From Nitrosococcus oceani ATCC 19707 (GTDB lineage: Bacteria > Pseudomonadota > Gammaproteobacteria > Nitrosococcales > Nitrosococcaceae): 32,000 bases of DNA. The translations under genes and the position numbers were made by a program. The stretch covers positions 2,430,001 through 2,462,000 of the forward strand of contig NC_007484.1 in assembly GCF_000012805.1 (NCBI RefSeq), given 5' to 3'. Each line of letters begins with the position of its first letter. The first letter of the stretch is position 1. Under the pieces are notes generated by a model. That model did not search any database, was not told where the DNA came from, and was given only the letters and a program-made list of their open reading frames with translations. Shown here one piece after another: positions 1 to 10,864 of this stretch.

Positions 1-30
1 CAGTAGCCGTTTACGATCAATTTTTCTCAT
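1..30 (-). CDS. possible 5' end of a CDS running off the left edge (MRKIDRKRLL...)
   Basis: Minus-strand ATG at 30..28, in frame and open to position 1. A G-rich AGAGGGG motif lies just upstream (rc of 33..39), with short spacing. Only 10 codons are visible. Confidence 0.25.
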   Translation of the reverse strand, partial: MRKIDRKRLL

Positions 31-150
31 GTCCCCTCTAGGTATCAATTCGTATCCTGGAAGAATTTTTATTCTAGTTAAGCGGGCGATCCGCTAACAA
101 AGCCAAATATGATCTCTTTTTTTATATTAAGCGGTCAAGTTAAATTACCC

Positions 151-993
151 TTAACAGAGCCGAGAGTCATTTAACTCTTTGTCTAGCATTCTCAACTCTG
201 CTTCGGAAAATCCAGCCCGCAACCGCGCTTCACGATGCAGGGGACCACGGGTTTTGCCCTTGAAATAGCCATTCACTAAATCACGAAACGTAGTCTCGGC
301 ATTAAGTTCACGACTCTCACATAGGTAACGAAACCAATGGGAACCAATCCCAACATGGCCCACCTCGTCGCGCAAAATAATTTCAAGGATTAAAACTGCC
401 CGCAAATCCCCCGCTTGTTGCAGCCGCTCTATCATGCCGGGAGTAACATCCAATCCTCGTGCTTCTAGTACACGGGGGACAAGGGCCATGCGCACTAAGG
501 GGTCATGAGCCGTCTTTTGCGCCATCTCCCAAAGGCCGTCATGGGCTGGGAAATCCCCATATTCATGATTCATCGAATGCAAGTGATCCTGAAGGAGGCA
601 AAAATGATAAGCTTCTTCCAGTGCAACCTGCACCCAATCATCATAAAATTCCCCAGGCAAATCATGAAAACGGCAAACGGCATCCCAAGCCAAATTAATT
701 GCATTAAATTCAATATGAGCAATGGCATGAATTAATGCCGCCCGTCCCAAAACCGTGGTAAGTTTACGGCGGGGAAGCTCCCGCGGCGCCACTAGCGATG
801 GCCACACAGGACGGCCGGGAATATCAGGCAAGCAACTCTTGGGAGGAAAACCAATCTGCAAGCATCCAGCTTTCCAAAGCTGCGCCACATCGCAGGTCAC
901 CTTGGTTTTTTCTTCCGGATCACAAACTTTCAAGCAATGTAAAGCTGCTTCGCCAAGGGTTGCTTTTCCCCATACTAGAGGCATAATATCCAC
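151..993 (-). CDS. ferritin-like DUF455 family protein
   Basis: 280-aa ORF. Its histidine/glutamate-rich helices (AIAHIEFNAINLAWD, EEAYHF, RDEVGHV) match my memory of DUF455/ferritin-like di-iron proteins. GTG start at 993 is preceded by GAAGGA; an alternative ATG lies at 984. Confidence 0.7.
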   Translation of the reverse strand: MDIMPLVWGKATLGEAALHCLKVCDPEEKTKVTCDVAQLWKAGCLQIGFPPKSCLPDIPGRPVWPSLVAPRELPRRKLTTVLGRAALIHAIAHIEFNAINLAWDAVCRFHDLPGEFYDDWVQVALEEAYHFCLLQDHLHSMNHEYGDFPAHDGLWEMAQKTAHDPLVRMALVPRVLEARGLDVTPGMIERLQQAGDLRAVLILEIILRDEVGHVGIGSHWFRYLCESRELNAETTFRDLVNGYFKGKTRGPLHREARLRAGFSEAELRMLDKELNDSRLC

Positions 994-1153
994 TTTTATC
1001 CTTCAACTACCCCACCATTTTACTCGCTTCTTCACCTAAGAGAGAGTATCATTTATTCCGTTTACCCGCTTCGCTGCCAGGCTAGCATTCTGTGCCTCTA
1101 ACAAAGTACTCGCGGAAATTCCATGTTTTTCTAATCACTAGCGATAAAAGATA

Positions 1154-1669
1154 ATGATACGACCCAGTGCTTTTAGCTACGAAGATCTCTTACAATGCGG
1201 CCGCGGCGAAATGTTTGGTCCCGGCAATGCTCAACTGCCTATGCCTCCCATGTTAATGTTTGATCGCATTACTTATATTAGCGATGAAGGTGGCGCTTTC
1301 GGCAAGGGAGAAATTAATGCTGAAATGGAAATCAAGCCTGACTCGTGGTTCTTTAATTGCCATTTCCCGAGCGACCCCGTGATGCCAGGTTGCTTGGGCC
1401 TGGATGCCATGTGGCAGCTCTTGGGCTTCTATCTTGCATGGCGCGGTGGCCCTGGCCATGGTCGCGCCTTAGGTTCAGGAGAAGTGAAATTCACAGGCCA
1501 GGTCACCCCTAAAAATAAATTGGTTACCTACCATATTAATCTCAAGCGCGTGATTATGCGCAAGCTAGTTATGGGCATTGCCGATGGCATTATGGCGGTG
1601 GATGGCCGGGAAATCTATCTCGCTAAAGATCTTCGGGTCGGCCTGTTCGTCTCAACGGATTCGTTCTAG
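1154..1669 (+). CDS. fabA: 3-hydroxydecanoyl-ACP dehydratase/isomerase FabA
   Basis: The 171-aa product aligns along its full length with remembered E. coli FabA ([46 protein letters not shown]). Confidence 0.93.
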   Translation: MIRPSAFSYEDLLQCGRGEMFGPGNAQLPMPPMLMFDRITYISDEGGAFGKGEINAEMEIKPDSWFFNCHFPSDPVMPGCLGLDAMWQLLGFYLAWRGGPGHGRALGSGEVKFTGQVTPKNKLVTYHINLKRVIMRKLVMGIADGIMAVDGREIYLAKDLRVGLFVSTDSF

Positions 1670-1843
1670 CATTTTACCATCTAAGCCTTTAAAAAGGCCT
1701 TCAATTACTTAATGCTCATTGCAATTCTATCGCATCATTTGTATTTTGTGATGTATTGCACACCGTCTCCTGCAATATGGAATTATAAGAGCAGTACTGG
1801 CTGAAACCATACAATTTAGTAATTTCCATTGCTGCAGGTACCC

Positions 1844-4207
1844 ATGATGGCGACAAACGTCCATTACCTTGATGCCTCACCCACAGGGGCCGATAAACAA
1901 ACACAGTTTCCGGCTCACCAAATTACCGAGCGCCTTTGTTCTCAAACACTCGAGCAATTTAAAATTCTTATCGAGGATACCTTTGGAGCAATTGACGATA
2001 TTTTTTTCAAGCGGGCCGAGAAAGCAATAAATAATAGTGAGCAATCTGCCTACCTAGATGGCATGCGCCTAGTACGAATGCAGCAAACAGCTATCAAACG
2101 CACCTTTCTCAATGACATCAGCAGCCGCTTTGATAAATTTCTCGAACAACCACTCCCTGCCCCAGTAGAAAAGTCGGTTAAGCCTGGCTTCATTGTTCCT
2201 GATGGGCTTTCACTAGTAGAGGATAATCAACTAGAAGAAAGCTTAGCTCTTACCGGCATGGTTGCCAGAGCAAGAACCTGTTTCTCGCTGCCCTTATCTC
2301 AATTAGAAACTCGCCTAGCTTTTCTTATTAATCGCAAAAGTATTGATTCACATTCCAATTCCGTTGACCCTGAAATAATCGCTAACGCCTTTGATGGAGC
2401 CATTCGAGATCTCGAGCTTTCTCTCGAGAATAAACTTATTATTTTTAAACTCTTCGACCAGCATCTAATAAGTCATGTTGGAGAACTCTATAAAAAATTG
2501 AACCTGCTTCTCATCGATGCCGATATATTAGCAGAGTTTGCGCAAAACCCCTGGCTCCATCATCAGCAAAATCAAAAAAGAGAACACATAGGCAGCGCCC
2601 ATCTGCTTAATACCCAGGAGCAAGGTCCAACGGTAACTTCATGCCCATCAGCGGTAAACGCAAATACTGGTCCCTTAGATTTATTTCAATTAATGCAGCA
2701 GTTCTTGAATGCTTCTGCCTCATTCAAACATATTCAACACGATACTCCACTTGTATGCGAGGAACATCAACCTGCTTGGAACGCGGAAAAGCTGATTAAC
2801 GCTTTGTCAACGGTCCAAAATAAGGTCGAAAAGGAAGAAAAGGCATCGCTAAATTCCCCTCCCTCTTACCTTAACAAGGATAATCTCAAGCAACGAATTA
2901 TCAGGATAATCAAGCAATCCTCGTCAGAACAAAAATTAGAGAGCTTCGGTCGCAACGAAGATAATGTAATCGATATTGTCGGTATGCTGTTCGATTTTAT
3001 CCTTGACGACCAGGGAATACCGGATACTATTAAAGCGCTGATTGGGCGACTCCAGATTCCAATGCTCAAGGTAGGTATCCTGGACAAAACTTTCTTTAGC
3101 AAAAAGCAGCATCCAGCACGGATGTTATTGAATGACCTAGCAAGAGCAGGAACAGGATGGAATGAAGATGATTCCATAATCCAGCAGGGAATTTATGCTC
3201 AAATGAAGCATACCATCAACCGGATTCTCAATGAATTCGATGACAATATTTCAATTTTTGTGGAACTCCAGAAAGAATTTTCAGAATTTCTTAGCGCAGA
3301 GCAGAGTAAAACAAAAATTATTGAAGAGCGTACTCAGCAAGCTGAAGAAGGAAAATCCCGAGTTGCAGAAGCACATATTCAGATACAAAAAGAAATAGAG
3401 ACTCGCGCCCAGGTCAGTAGATTACCCGAAACGATGACCGCTTTGCTGCATCAAGTTTGGTCTAAAATTCCACTGCTCGCCTATCTCAGAGAAGGACCTA
3501 ACAGCAAGGATTGGCAACAAAACATAGCCACCCTCGATAAATTAGCCTGGACGCTAGTTCCTAAACAGACAGGAGAAGAAAGAAAAAAACTTCTAATCAC
3601 TATACCAGGTTTACTGCAGGAACTACGCCTCGGTTTTAGTCAGGTGCAGTGCAATCCAATGGATACCGTACGGTTTTTCAAAACCCTGGAGGCATGCCAT
3701 ATCAGTTGCATTCGCGCCTCATCTCACAGGGATTCCCATTTTACCGAAAAACAGATAACAACTGCGACCAACTCCAAGCATCTAACCCTAAATGCAGACC
3801 AATCAAAACCGGCTCTTTCTCCTAGGGATCAACCTAATTCTAGATCGAGAGAAGAGACTCATGATATTCCACTTTCTTCGCCCATCAAACAGAAAAGCGG
3901 CCCTCCCTCTCCTGAAAAGGATAAATATCTGCAGGAATTAGCGGCTGTACCTCTCGGAAGTTGGTTTTTATTCACCCATCCCAAAAAGCAGAAACGCCGT
4001 GGAAAACTTTCCATTCGGATCGCTGGAGGCGGCAATTACGTTTTTGTCAACCGTGCGGGCGCCAAGATACTGGAGCAATCCGCTTCGGATCTTGCACAAG
4101 GAATGCGGCTAGGCCATATTAAAATACTGGCTGACGACTTAATCTTAGACCGCGCCCTAGACTCCGTTTTAAAGAGCCTCCGTCAAATGCACGATAGTTT
4201 GTTATAG
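1844..4207 (+). CDS. DUF1631 family protein
   Basis: The long ORF is listed from TTG 1829; the first ATGs are at 1844/1847. The N-terminal pattern (DDIFFKRAEKA..NSEQSAYLDGMRLVR) and C-terminal pattern (GSWFLF....RGKLS......YVFVNRAGAK) fit my recollection of DUF1631. The function of this family is unknown. Confidence 0.75.
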   Translation: MMATNVHYLDASPTGADKQTQFPAHQITERLCSQTLEQFKILIEDTFGAIDDIFFKRAEKAINNSEQSAYLDGMRLVRMQQTAIKRTFLNDISSRFDKFLEQPLPAPVEKSVKPGFIVPDGLSLVEDNQLEESLALTGMVARARTCFSLPLSQLETRLAFLINRKSIDSHSNSVDPEIIANAFDGAIRDLELSLENKLIIFKLFDQHLISHVGELYKKLNLLLIDADILAEFAQNPWLHHQQNQKREHIGSAHLLNTQEQGPTVTSCPSAVNANTGPLDLFQLMQQFLNASASFKHIQHDTPLVCEEHQPAWNAEKLINALSTVQNKVEKEEKASLNSPPSYLNKDNLKQRIIRIIKQSSSEQKLESFGRNEDNVIDIVGMLFDFILDDQGIPDTIKALIGRLQIPMLKVGILDKTFFSKKQHPARMLLNDLARAGTGWNEDDSIIQQGIYAQMKHTINRILNEFDDNISIFVELQKEFSEFLSAEQSKTKIIEERTQQAEEGKSRVAEAHIQIQKEIETRAQVSRLPETMTALLHQVWSKIPLLAYLREGPNSKDWQQNIATLDKLAWTLVPKQTGEERKKLLITIPGLLQELRLGFSQVQCNPMDTVRFFKTLEACHISCIRASSHRDSHFTEKQITTATNSKHLTLNADQSKPALSPRDQPNSRSREETHDIPLSSPIKQKSGPPSPEKDKYLQELAAVPLGSWFLFTHPKKQKRRGKLSIRIAGGGNYVFVNRAGAKILEQSASDLAQGMRLGHIKILADDLILDRALDSVLKSLRQMHDSLL

Positions 4208-4251
4208 GATATAACTCTAGTTTAAAATTTACGGGAAAAATTGAGTATCAT

Positions 4252-6753
4252 CTACAGAGTATAAGCCGGGATTTTTTCCAGTTTCCAAATATCAGCATTA
4301 TATTCCTCGATGGTGCGATCAGCAGAAAACTTACCGCTTGCAGCAGTGTTGAGAATACTCATACGAGTCCAACGTTCTTGATCGCGATAAGCTTCCGCAA
4401 CCCGGCGCTGACTATCGATATAGCTCCGAAAGTCGGCAACTGTCATCCATGGATCCTGCGGGCTACGCAGTGAATTCAGAATAGGATTGAAGATCCCTGG
4501 CTCAAACTGATTGAAATGACCGCATTCAAGCAAATGCATCACCCGTTGTAGCTCTTCATCACCAGCAATAACCCCATTAGGATTATAGTGCTGGCGTGCC
4601 GCTTCCACCTCTTCAGCCGTTAGTCCAAATAAGAAGAAATTTTTATCACCCACCTCCTCACGAATCTCGATATTAGCACCATCTAGCGTACCAATAGTAA
4701 TGGCACCATTCATCATGAATTTCATGTTACCGGTACCAGACGCTTCCTTACCAGCGGTAGAGATTTGCTCTGAAAGATCGGCTCCAGGGCAAATAATTTC
4801 CATTATTGAAACCCCATAGTTAGGCATAAAGAAGATTTTGAGGGCACCATCCGTTTTCGGGTCATTATTGACTACATTTGCAACATTATTAATTAATTTA
4901 ATAATTAATTTTGCCATCCAGTAACCAGGGGCTGCCTTTCCACTGATCAGCATGTAACGAGGAACCCAGTTTTCCATGTCCCCTCGCTTGATCCGATCAT
5001 AGAGATGAATGATATGCAGGATATTCAACAACTGTCGCTTATATTCATGAATACGTTTTACTTGCACATCAAATAAAAAATGAGCGCTGGCTTGAATACC
5101 CTGTTGGACCTGAAGAGCGAGCAGCCGTTTCTTGTTTTCATGTTTGATGCTATGCCATCGAGCACAGAACTCTGGATTTTCCGCATAGAGAGAGAGCCGG
5201 CGAAGTTGACTTAAATCAGTAATCCATTCCTCTCCAATGGTCTCAGTAATTAAACCTGCTAAATCAGGATTGCATTTCGCCAACCAGCGTCGAGGAGTCA
5301 CCCCATTAGTCTTATTATTAAATTTATGCGGCCAAAGTTGATAAAAATCATAAAATAATCCGTGCTTAAGTAAATGGGTATGCAAGGCAGCAACCCCATT
5401 GACCGAGAAGCTGGCAACGATGGCAAGATGGGCCATACGCACCTGCGGGTTCTCTCCTTCCTCTATAATAGACATCCGCGCCTGCAACGCAGTATCTCCC
5501 GGCCAACAACGCGCAACCTCAGTTAAGAAACGAGCATTGATTTCATAAATAATTTCTAAAAGGCGTGGCAACAGAGAGCCAAACATACTCACTGGCCATT
5601 TCTCCAGAGCTTCCGGCAGCAGCGTATGATTAGTATAGGCTACGGTGCGACTTGTAATTTCCCAGGCGTCGTCCCACCCTAGTCCATGCCCATCCATTAG
5701 CAATCGCATCAATTCCGGCACCATGCAAGTAGGATGGGTATCATTAAGCTGGAAGCAGTTTTTCTCTGCAAATTGGCTAAAATCCTCGCCACGACGCCGC
5801 ACCCAATCGCGCAGAATATCCTGTAAACTTGCTGAAGCCAGAAAATACTGCTGGCGCAGACGGGTTTCCTTACCGAGCTCCATCGCATCGTTAGGATAGA
5901 GTACCATGGTAATATTTTCGGCGGCATTTTTTGCTGCGACGGATTCTGGATATCTTCCAGCATTAAATTCTCCTAGATCGAAAACATCAGTCGCCTCAGC
6001 TTTCCATAACCGTAAGGTATTGACCGTATCATTACGATATCCCGGAATAGGAATATCGTAGGGCACCGCAAGTACATCATGGGTGTCGACCCAACACATG
6101 CGCCAGCCTCCGCAGCCATCATCCATATATTCAGTATGGCCACCATATTTGACTCTTTGCGTATATTCCGGTCTTTCTAACTCCCAGGGGTTCCCATCCC
6201 GAAGCCAGCGGTCGGGCTCTTCTACCTGATACCCATTGTCAAATTCTTGCCGGAACATGCCGTACTCATAACGCAAGCCGTATCCCATAACGGGAAGCTG
6301 CAAAGTTGCGCAGCTGTCCAGAAAGCAAGCAGCCAAACGTCCCAAGCCTCCATTGCCCAAACCGGCATCATGCTCTAACTCTGCCAATCCCTCCAAATTT
6401 AAGCCATACTCCTGCAAAGCAGCGCTCAACTCATCCTCAAGCTCTAAGTTAAGCGTGGCATTGCTCAGGGAGCGTCCTAACAGATATTCCATGGAGAAAT
6501 AATATACCCAAGGACAGCGGCTCTCATCATAAGCGCGCTTAGTATTTTTCCAACGTTCCATCAATCGATCACGAACGGTGAGCACCAGCGCAAAATACAA
6601 ATAATGCTTCGATACGCAGCTTTCGTCACGCCCCAGAAAGCGGCCGAAATAGCCCTTGTAATCTTCGGCTAAACTCTTCCTGTCCATCCCCAGCGGCGGC
6701 AACCCTATGAGCTTGGATAGGGATATCGTGTTATAAAGGTACCGTTTTGACAT
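4252..6753 (-). CDS. glgP: glycogen/maltodextrin phosphorylase
   Basis: 833-aa ORF with the phosphorylase PLP-lysine motif EASGTGNMKFMMNGA. The family-typical regions (RLAACFLDS, LPEALE) are also present. Confidence 0.93.
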   Translation of the reverse strand: MSKRYLYNTISLSKLIGLPPLGMDRKSLAEDYKGYFGRFLGRDESCVSKHYLYFALVLTVRDRLMERWKNTKRAYDESRCPWVYYFSMEYLLGRSLSNATLNLELEDELSAALQEYGLNLEGLAELEHDAGLGNGGLGRLAACFLDSCATLQLPVMGYGLRYEYGMFRQEFDNGYQVEEPDRWLRDGNPWELERPEYTQRVKYGGHTEYMDDGCGGWRMCWVDTHDVLAVPYDIPIPGYRNDTVNTLRLWKAEATDVFDLGEFNAGRYPESVAAKNAAENITMVLYPNDAMELGKETRLRQQYFLASASLQDILRDWVRRRGEDFSQFAEKNCFQLNDTHPTCMVPELMRLLMDGHGLGWDDAWEITSRTVAYTNHTLLPEALEKWPVSMFGSLLPRLLEIIYEINARFLTEVARCWPGDTALQARMSIIEEGENPQVRMAHLAIVASFSVNGVAALHTHLLKHGLFYDFYQLWPHKFNNKTNGVTPRRWLAKCNPDLAGLITETIGEEWITDLSQLRRLSLYAENPEFCARWHSIKHENKKRLLALQVQQGIQASAHFLFDVQVKRIHEYKRQLLNILHIIHLYDRIKRGDMENWVPRYMLISGKAAPGYWMAKLIIKLINNVANVVNNDPKTDGALKIFFMPNYGVSIMEIICPGADLSEQISTAGKEASGTGNMKFMMNGAITIGTLDGANIEIREEVGDKNFFLFGLTAEEVEAARQHYNPNGVIAGDEELQRVMHLLECGHFNQFEPGIFNPILNSLRSPQDPWMTVADFRSYIDSQRRVAEAYRDQERWTRMSILNTAASGKFSADRTIEEYNADIWKLEKIPAYTL

Positions 6754-6899
6754 GGAATATTATCGCCCTTGGGGGTTAGTTAAGCATGACATCGACTACA
6801 CCGGCCTTCCCTATTCACCGGTTGATAACCAATATCCCACCACCAACCTAGCACCCGTTACTTTTAAATATAAGTAGGGAAAGGTAGGCTTAAAAAAGG

Positions 6900-8987
6900 T
6901 TATTCGTTTCCAATTGCCTTTACACTCAAACGGACTCGGCCTTGTTTATCTACTTCTAAAACCTTAACACGAATGACATCACCTTCGGATAACTTATCGC
7001 TCACGTTCTTTACCCGCTCGGCTGAAATCTGCGAGATATGGAGCAAGCCGTCTTTGCCAGGCAGGATGGTGACAAAGGCTCCAAAATCCATCAGCCGGGA
7101 GACCCGCCCTTCATAGATTTTACCCACTTCCACATCAGAAACGATCTCTTCCACCCGGCGCTTAGCTTCTTGACCATCCGCCTTATCTGCGGAAAAAATC
7201 TTCACCGTTCCATCATCCACAATATCAATCGTAGTACCCGTTTCCTCGGTAAGCGCCCGAATGGTTGCGCCCCCTTTACCAATTACATCACGAATTTTTT
7301 CTGGATTAATTTTGAACACAATCATGCGTGGAGCATATTCGGACATCTCTTGACGTGGGGTAGAAATAATCTCATTCATTTTCTGGAGGATATAAAAACG
7401 GCCTTCACGCGCCTGGGACAGAGCTGTCCGCATGATTTCCTCGGTAATACCGTCAATTTTAATGTCCATCTGCAAGGCCGTGATTCCTTTCTCTGTACCC
7501 GCTACCTTAAAATCCATATCACCAAGATGATCCTCATCGCCGAGGATATCACTCAAAACAGCGAAGCGATCCTTCTCCTTGATGAGTCCCATGGCAATGC
7601 CCGCAACCGGCGCCTTAATAGGAACCCCCGCATCCATTAGGGAAAGGCTGGTGCCACACACTGTTGCCATGGAGCTAGAACCGTTAGATTCGGTAATCTC
7701 AGAAACCACCCGAATGACATAGGGGAAACTTTCCTCATCCGGAACCACTCCATTCAAACTGCGCTTAGCTAGGCGGCCGTGGCCGATTTCCCGGCGCTTA
7801 GGAGAACCAACGAAACCCGTTTCTCCGACACAATAGGGAGGGAAGTTATAGTGCAGCATAAAACGCTCCCGGCGCTCCCCTTCAATAGCATCAATCACTT
7901 GAGCATCACGTTCAGTGCCCAAAGTTGTTGCCACCAAGGATTGAGTCTCGCCGCGGGTGAAGAGAGCTGAACCATGAGTCCGAGGTAACAGTCCAGTGGA
8001 AATATTAATAGGCCGAATAGCCGTAGCATCACGGCCATCGATACGTTCCCCTCCAGATAGAATCTGCTCACGCACTAAGCGCTTTTCCAAAGCGCCAATG
8101 GCCTCTAGCACCTGCTCTCGACTCCACCGAGAATTCTCCTCGGGTACCAGGCTTTCAACAATGGAATTCCGTAATTCCGCCAAGCTAGCCTGCCGCTCTT
8201 GTTTCGAACGTATCTGATAGGCTTCTTGCGCGCGGGCCTCTCCAACTTCCTGGACAGCCGATTTCAAATCTTCTTCTTCAATGGGAGGTTTCCAATCCCA
8301 AGCAGGTTTTCCAGCTTCCTCCGCTAGTTCTCGAATAGCCTGGATTACCACTTGCATTTCTTGGTGAGCAAACATGACGGATCCCAGCATGATTTCCTCA
8401 GGCAGTTCTTGAGCCTCGGACTCAACCATCAACACCGCCTTTTCCGTTCCCGCAACTACCAAATCAAGCGCTGATTTTTCCATCTGGCCCAGCGTTGGAT
8501 TGAGCACATACTGGCCGTCAATATAGCCGACCCGGGCTGCCGCAATGGGCGTAGTAAAAGGGATTCCAGAAAGCGCCAAGGCGGCGGAAGCACCAATGAG
8601 GGAAGGAATATCAGGATCATTTTCACTATCTGAGGAGATAACCGTTGCAATTACTTGCACCTCATTAATGAAATTTTTAGGGAATAAGGGCCTCAGTGGA
8701 CGATCAATTAGCCGGGAAGTCAGCGTTTCCTTTTCAGTGGGCCTTCCTTCACGCTTAAAAAAACCTCCTGGAATTTTACCAGCAGCATAGGTTCTTTCCT
8801 GATAATTGACTGTCAATGGAAAAAAATCACGCCCCTCAGCCGCTTCTTTCATTCCCACTACCGTCACCAACACAACTGTTTCACCATAGCGGACAACAAC
8901 AGCTCCGCTAGCCTGGCGCGCAATACAACCGGTCTCAAGAACTAAGGAGCGATCACCGTACTCGATTACCTTTTTAATGGGGGTCAC
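6900..8987 (-). CDS. pnp: polyribonucleotide nucleotidyltransferase (PNPase)
   Basis: 695 aa containing two RNase PH domains, KH ([10 protein letters not shown]) and S1 ([18 protein letters not shown]). GTG start at 8987 has AAGGAA upstream. The gene lies downstream of rpsO, as in the canonical operon. Confidence 0.95.
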   Translation of the reverse strand: MTPIKKVIEYGDRSLVLETGCIARQASGAVVVRYGETVVLVTVVGMKEAAEGRDFFPLTVNYQERTYAAGKIPGGFFKREGRPTEKETLTSRLIDRPLRPLFPKNFINEVQVIATVISSDSENDPDIPSLIGASAALALSGIPFTTPIAAARVGYIDGQYVLNPTLGQMEKSALDLVVAGTEKAVLMVESEAQELPEEIMLGSVMFAHQEMQVVIQAIRELAEEAGKPAWDWKPPIEEEDLKSAVQEVGEARAQEAYQIRSKQERQASLAELRNSIVESLVPEENSRWSREQVLEAIGALEKRLVREQILSGGERIDGRDATAIRPINISTGLLPRTHGSALFTRGETQSLVATTLGTERDAQVIDAIEGERRERFMLHYNFPPYCVGETGFVGSPKRREIGHGRLAKRSLNGVVPDEESFPYVIRVVSEITESNGSSSMATVCGTSLSLMDAGVPIKAPVAGIAMGLIKEKDRFAVLSDILGDEDHLGDMDFKVAGTEKGITALQMDIKIDGITEEIMRTALSQAREGRFYILQKMNEIISTPRQEMSEYAPRMIVFKINPEKIRDVIGKGGATIRALTEETGTTIDIVDDGTVKIFSADKADGQEAKRRVEEIVSDVEVGKIYEGRVSRLMDFGAFVTILPGKDGLLHISQISAERVKNVSDKLSEGDVIRVKVLEVDKQGRVRLSVKAIGNE

Positions 8988-9107
8988 ATTTATTTCCTTA
9001 CACTAAATAGCTGGGAAAGAGGGATAACCAACCGCTCCGCAGCCTCACCCATAAAAAGCGGCTCAGCTACGATAGCGATGCATAGATTCTGATCGTTTGG
9101 AGAGTAG

Positions 9108-9377
9108 CTAGCGGCGCAATCCAAGCTTGTTAATTAAAGTACGATAACGATCTAAATCTTTTTTCTTCAAGTAGTCCAATAGCTTACGACGTTGCCCCAC
9201 AGCCCGCAGCAACCCCTGGCGCGAATGATGATCATGGGTGTGTTGCTTAAAATGACCGGACAGCTGAGTGATGCGTTCCGAAAGCAGGGCGACCTGCACT
9301 TCCGGTGAACCCGTGTCATTAACAGAGCATTGATGTTCCTTGATAACTTGTACTTTTCTTTCACTGCTTAAGGACAT
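9108..9377 (-). CDS. rpsO: 30S ribosomal protein S15
   Basis: The listed ORF is 109 aa, but the internal ATG at 9377 gives the canonical 89-aa S15 (MSLSSERK...GLRR). A GGGGA SD-like motif lies about 8 nt upstream of that ATG. Confidence 0.92.
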   Translation of the reverse strand: MSLSSERKVQVIKEHQCSVNDTGSPEVQVALLSERITQLSGHFKQHTHDHHSRQGLLRAVGQRRKLLDYLKKKDLDRYRTLINKLGLRR

Positions 9378-9436
9378 ATTTTCATTCCCCATTCTGGCTT
9401 TTAGCTGATACCGGCTGGCTACCTGATAGATTTTCA

Positions 9437-9466
9437 ATTTTACTCATAAATAAGATCCCCTAACAA
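9437..9466 (-). promoter_or_regulatory. candidate sigma70 promoter for rpsO
   Basis: Minus-strand TTGTTA (9466..9461), an 18-nt spacer, then TAAAAT (9442..9437), in the truB-rpsO intergenic region. This is a motif match only. Confidence 0.3.
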
Positions 9467-9502
9467 TAATGAGTCACCAAAAAAACCTCTAACCCCTATA
9501 AA

Positions 9503-10429
9503 TTAACCGCTCTGACTGAAAATCAAACGGCGCGGAGCAATACGTCCATCCTCCGTAATCCGCCCTACTCCAAAAAATCCCTTGCCACACTCTATTAAAC
9601 GAACCCAGCCTTCGCTTGGAGCTTGCGGAACCCGTACCGATTGCCCCTGCCGCAGATAGTAGGCTAAATCGGCGATTAGATTTACTGCAGGCCAATCCGC
9701 CAAAATTTGCCCTACGGGTAACAGCAAATTTCCGAGTGCCTCAACATTCGTCTCGGCTAGCATTTCCAGCTCCTCCAGAGAGATCATATCCGAAGCACCA
9801 AAAGAACCGACTTGGGTACGGCGCAGCGCTATAACATGGGCGCCGCATCCTAGCGCCCGACCGATGTCTTCAGCCAAGGTACGAATATAAGTTCCCTTAG
9901 AGCAAAAGACCTCAAACCCTAGCTCATTATTAACTAATTCCGTCAATTTAATGGTATGGATAGTCACCTGGCGAGATTTGCGCTCCACTTCAATTCCTTG
10001 GCGGGCAAGTTTATAGAGCCGCTGGCCCTGGTGTTTAATCGCCGAATACATGGGAGGCACTTGCTCTTGCGGGCCAGAGAAGCCGGACAAAAATTTCGCC
10101 ACCTCGTCCCTATCTAACTCGTTGACAGGATGGGTTTCTAGCACCTCGCCATCAGCGTCCCCAGTGGTAGTCACTACGCCGAGACGGCACATCACCTGAT
10201 AACGCTTATCGGCTTCTAGCAAAAACCCCGACAGTTTAGTTGCCTCCCCCAAACAAATTGGCAACAATCCATTTGCAAGAGGGTCTAGACTGCCTGTATG
10301 TCCTGCTTTTCGGGCTTGGTAAATCTGCTTAACTCGCTGCAGAGCACCATTAGAGCTGATGCCTACGGGTTTATCCAATAGGAGCATTCCGTGAATATCC
10401 TGGCCTTGAAAGCGGCGTTGTTTCTTCAT
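9503..10429 (-). CDS. truB: tRNA pseudouridine(55) synthase TruB
   Basis: 308 aa with the HGMLLLDKPVGISS and GHTGSLDPLA catalytic-Asp motifs. Its position between rbfA and rpsO is conserved. Confidence 0.93.
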   Translation of the reverse strand: MKKQRRFQGQDIHGMLLLDKPVGISSNGALQRVKQIYQARKAGHTGSLDPLANGLLPICLGEATKLSGFLLEADKRYQVMCRLGVVTTTGDADGEVLETHPVNELDRDEVAKFLSGFSGPQEQVPPMYSAIKHQGQRLYKLARQGIEVERKSRQVTIHTIKLTELVNNELGFEVFCSKGTYIRTLAEDIGRALGCGAHVIALRRTQVGSFGASDMISLEELEMLAETNVEALGNLLLPVGQILADWPAVNLIADLAYYLRQGQSVRVPQAPSEGWVRLIECGKGFFGVGRITEDGRIAPRRLIFSQSG

Positions 10430-10471
10430 CCTTGTATTACGTTCTTGAGCACTAACTAAAGGGAGAGGGGA

Positions 10472-10855
10472 TTATTCGGTTGAATTGTCTGATTCACCGT
10501 CTGTTTCTTTCTGAACCGCTTTATCAATAAGCGCACTTAGGCGCCTACCACGCTCGATGGAGTCATCATAAACAAATTGCAATCGTGGGATAACTCGTAA
10601 CTCCACTCGCTGACTTAAACCATGCTGGAGAAATCCGGCCGCCTTATTTAAAACCGCTAGCTGCTCCTGAGTATCTTCCTCTTTCCCTAGAAAAGTAACG
10701 TAGGCTTTAGCCTGTCTAAGGTCCGGTGATACCCTCACATGAGAAACGGTAACTAGCTTTACTCGAGGATCCTTTAGCTCCTCCTGGAACAGGCGAGCCA
10801 ATTCTCTTTGCAATAGCTCACCCACCCGGCGAGCGCGAGAAAATTCTTGACTCAT
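10472..10855 (-). CDS. rbfA: ribosome-binding factor A
   Basis: 127 aa with an RbfA-like N-terminus (RVGELLQRELARL, DPRV..VTVSHVRVSPDL). It starts 9 nt after the infB stop. Confidence 0.9.
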   Translation of the reverse strand: MSQEFSRARRVGELLQRELARLFQEELKDPRVKLVTVSHVRVSPDLRQAKAYVTFLGKEEDTQEQLAVLNKAAGFLQHGLSQRVELRVIPRLQFVYDDSIERGRRLSALIDKAVQKETDGESDNSTE

Positions 10856-10864
10856 ATCCTTTCG

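Noticed and set aside
1670-1843. The absence of fabB after fabA as an anomaly, and the gccttt-aa-aaaggc palindrome as a fabA terminator
   Set aside because: fabA and fabB are unlinked in many gammaproteobacteria, including E. coli. The palindrome has a 2-nt loop and no U tract.
6754-6899. A fourth copy of the leader repeat in the pnp-glgP spacer (cctacct and gggggttag fragments)
   Set aside because: The fragments are in the wrong relative order and orientation compared with copies A, B and C. The matches are only 7-9 nt, which is consistent with chance.
7038-7640. 200-aa plus-strand ORF, and similar ORFs at 11984..12370, 13885..14280, 14329..14976, 22019..22405 and 25370..25771
   Set aside because: All lie entirely antisense within well-supported conserved genes (pnp, infB, nusA, the aminotransferase, the ATPase). 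They have low-complexity or odd composition and no SD, so they are shadow ORFs.
9378-9437. A 20-codon N-terminal extension of S15 (the listed 109-aa ORF)
   Set aside because: S15 is canonically about 89 aa. The internal ATG at 9377 has an SD-like GGGGA, and the extension overlaps the candidate rpsO promoter.
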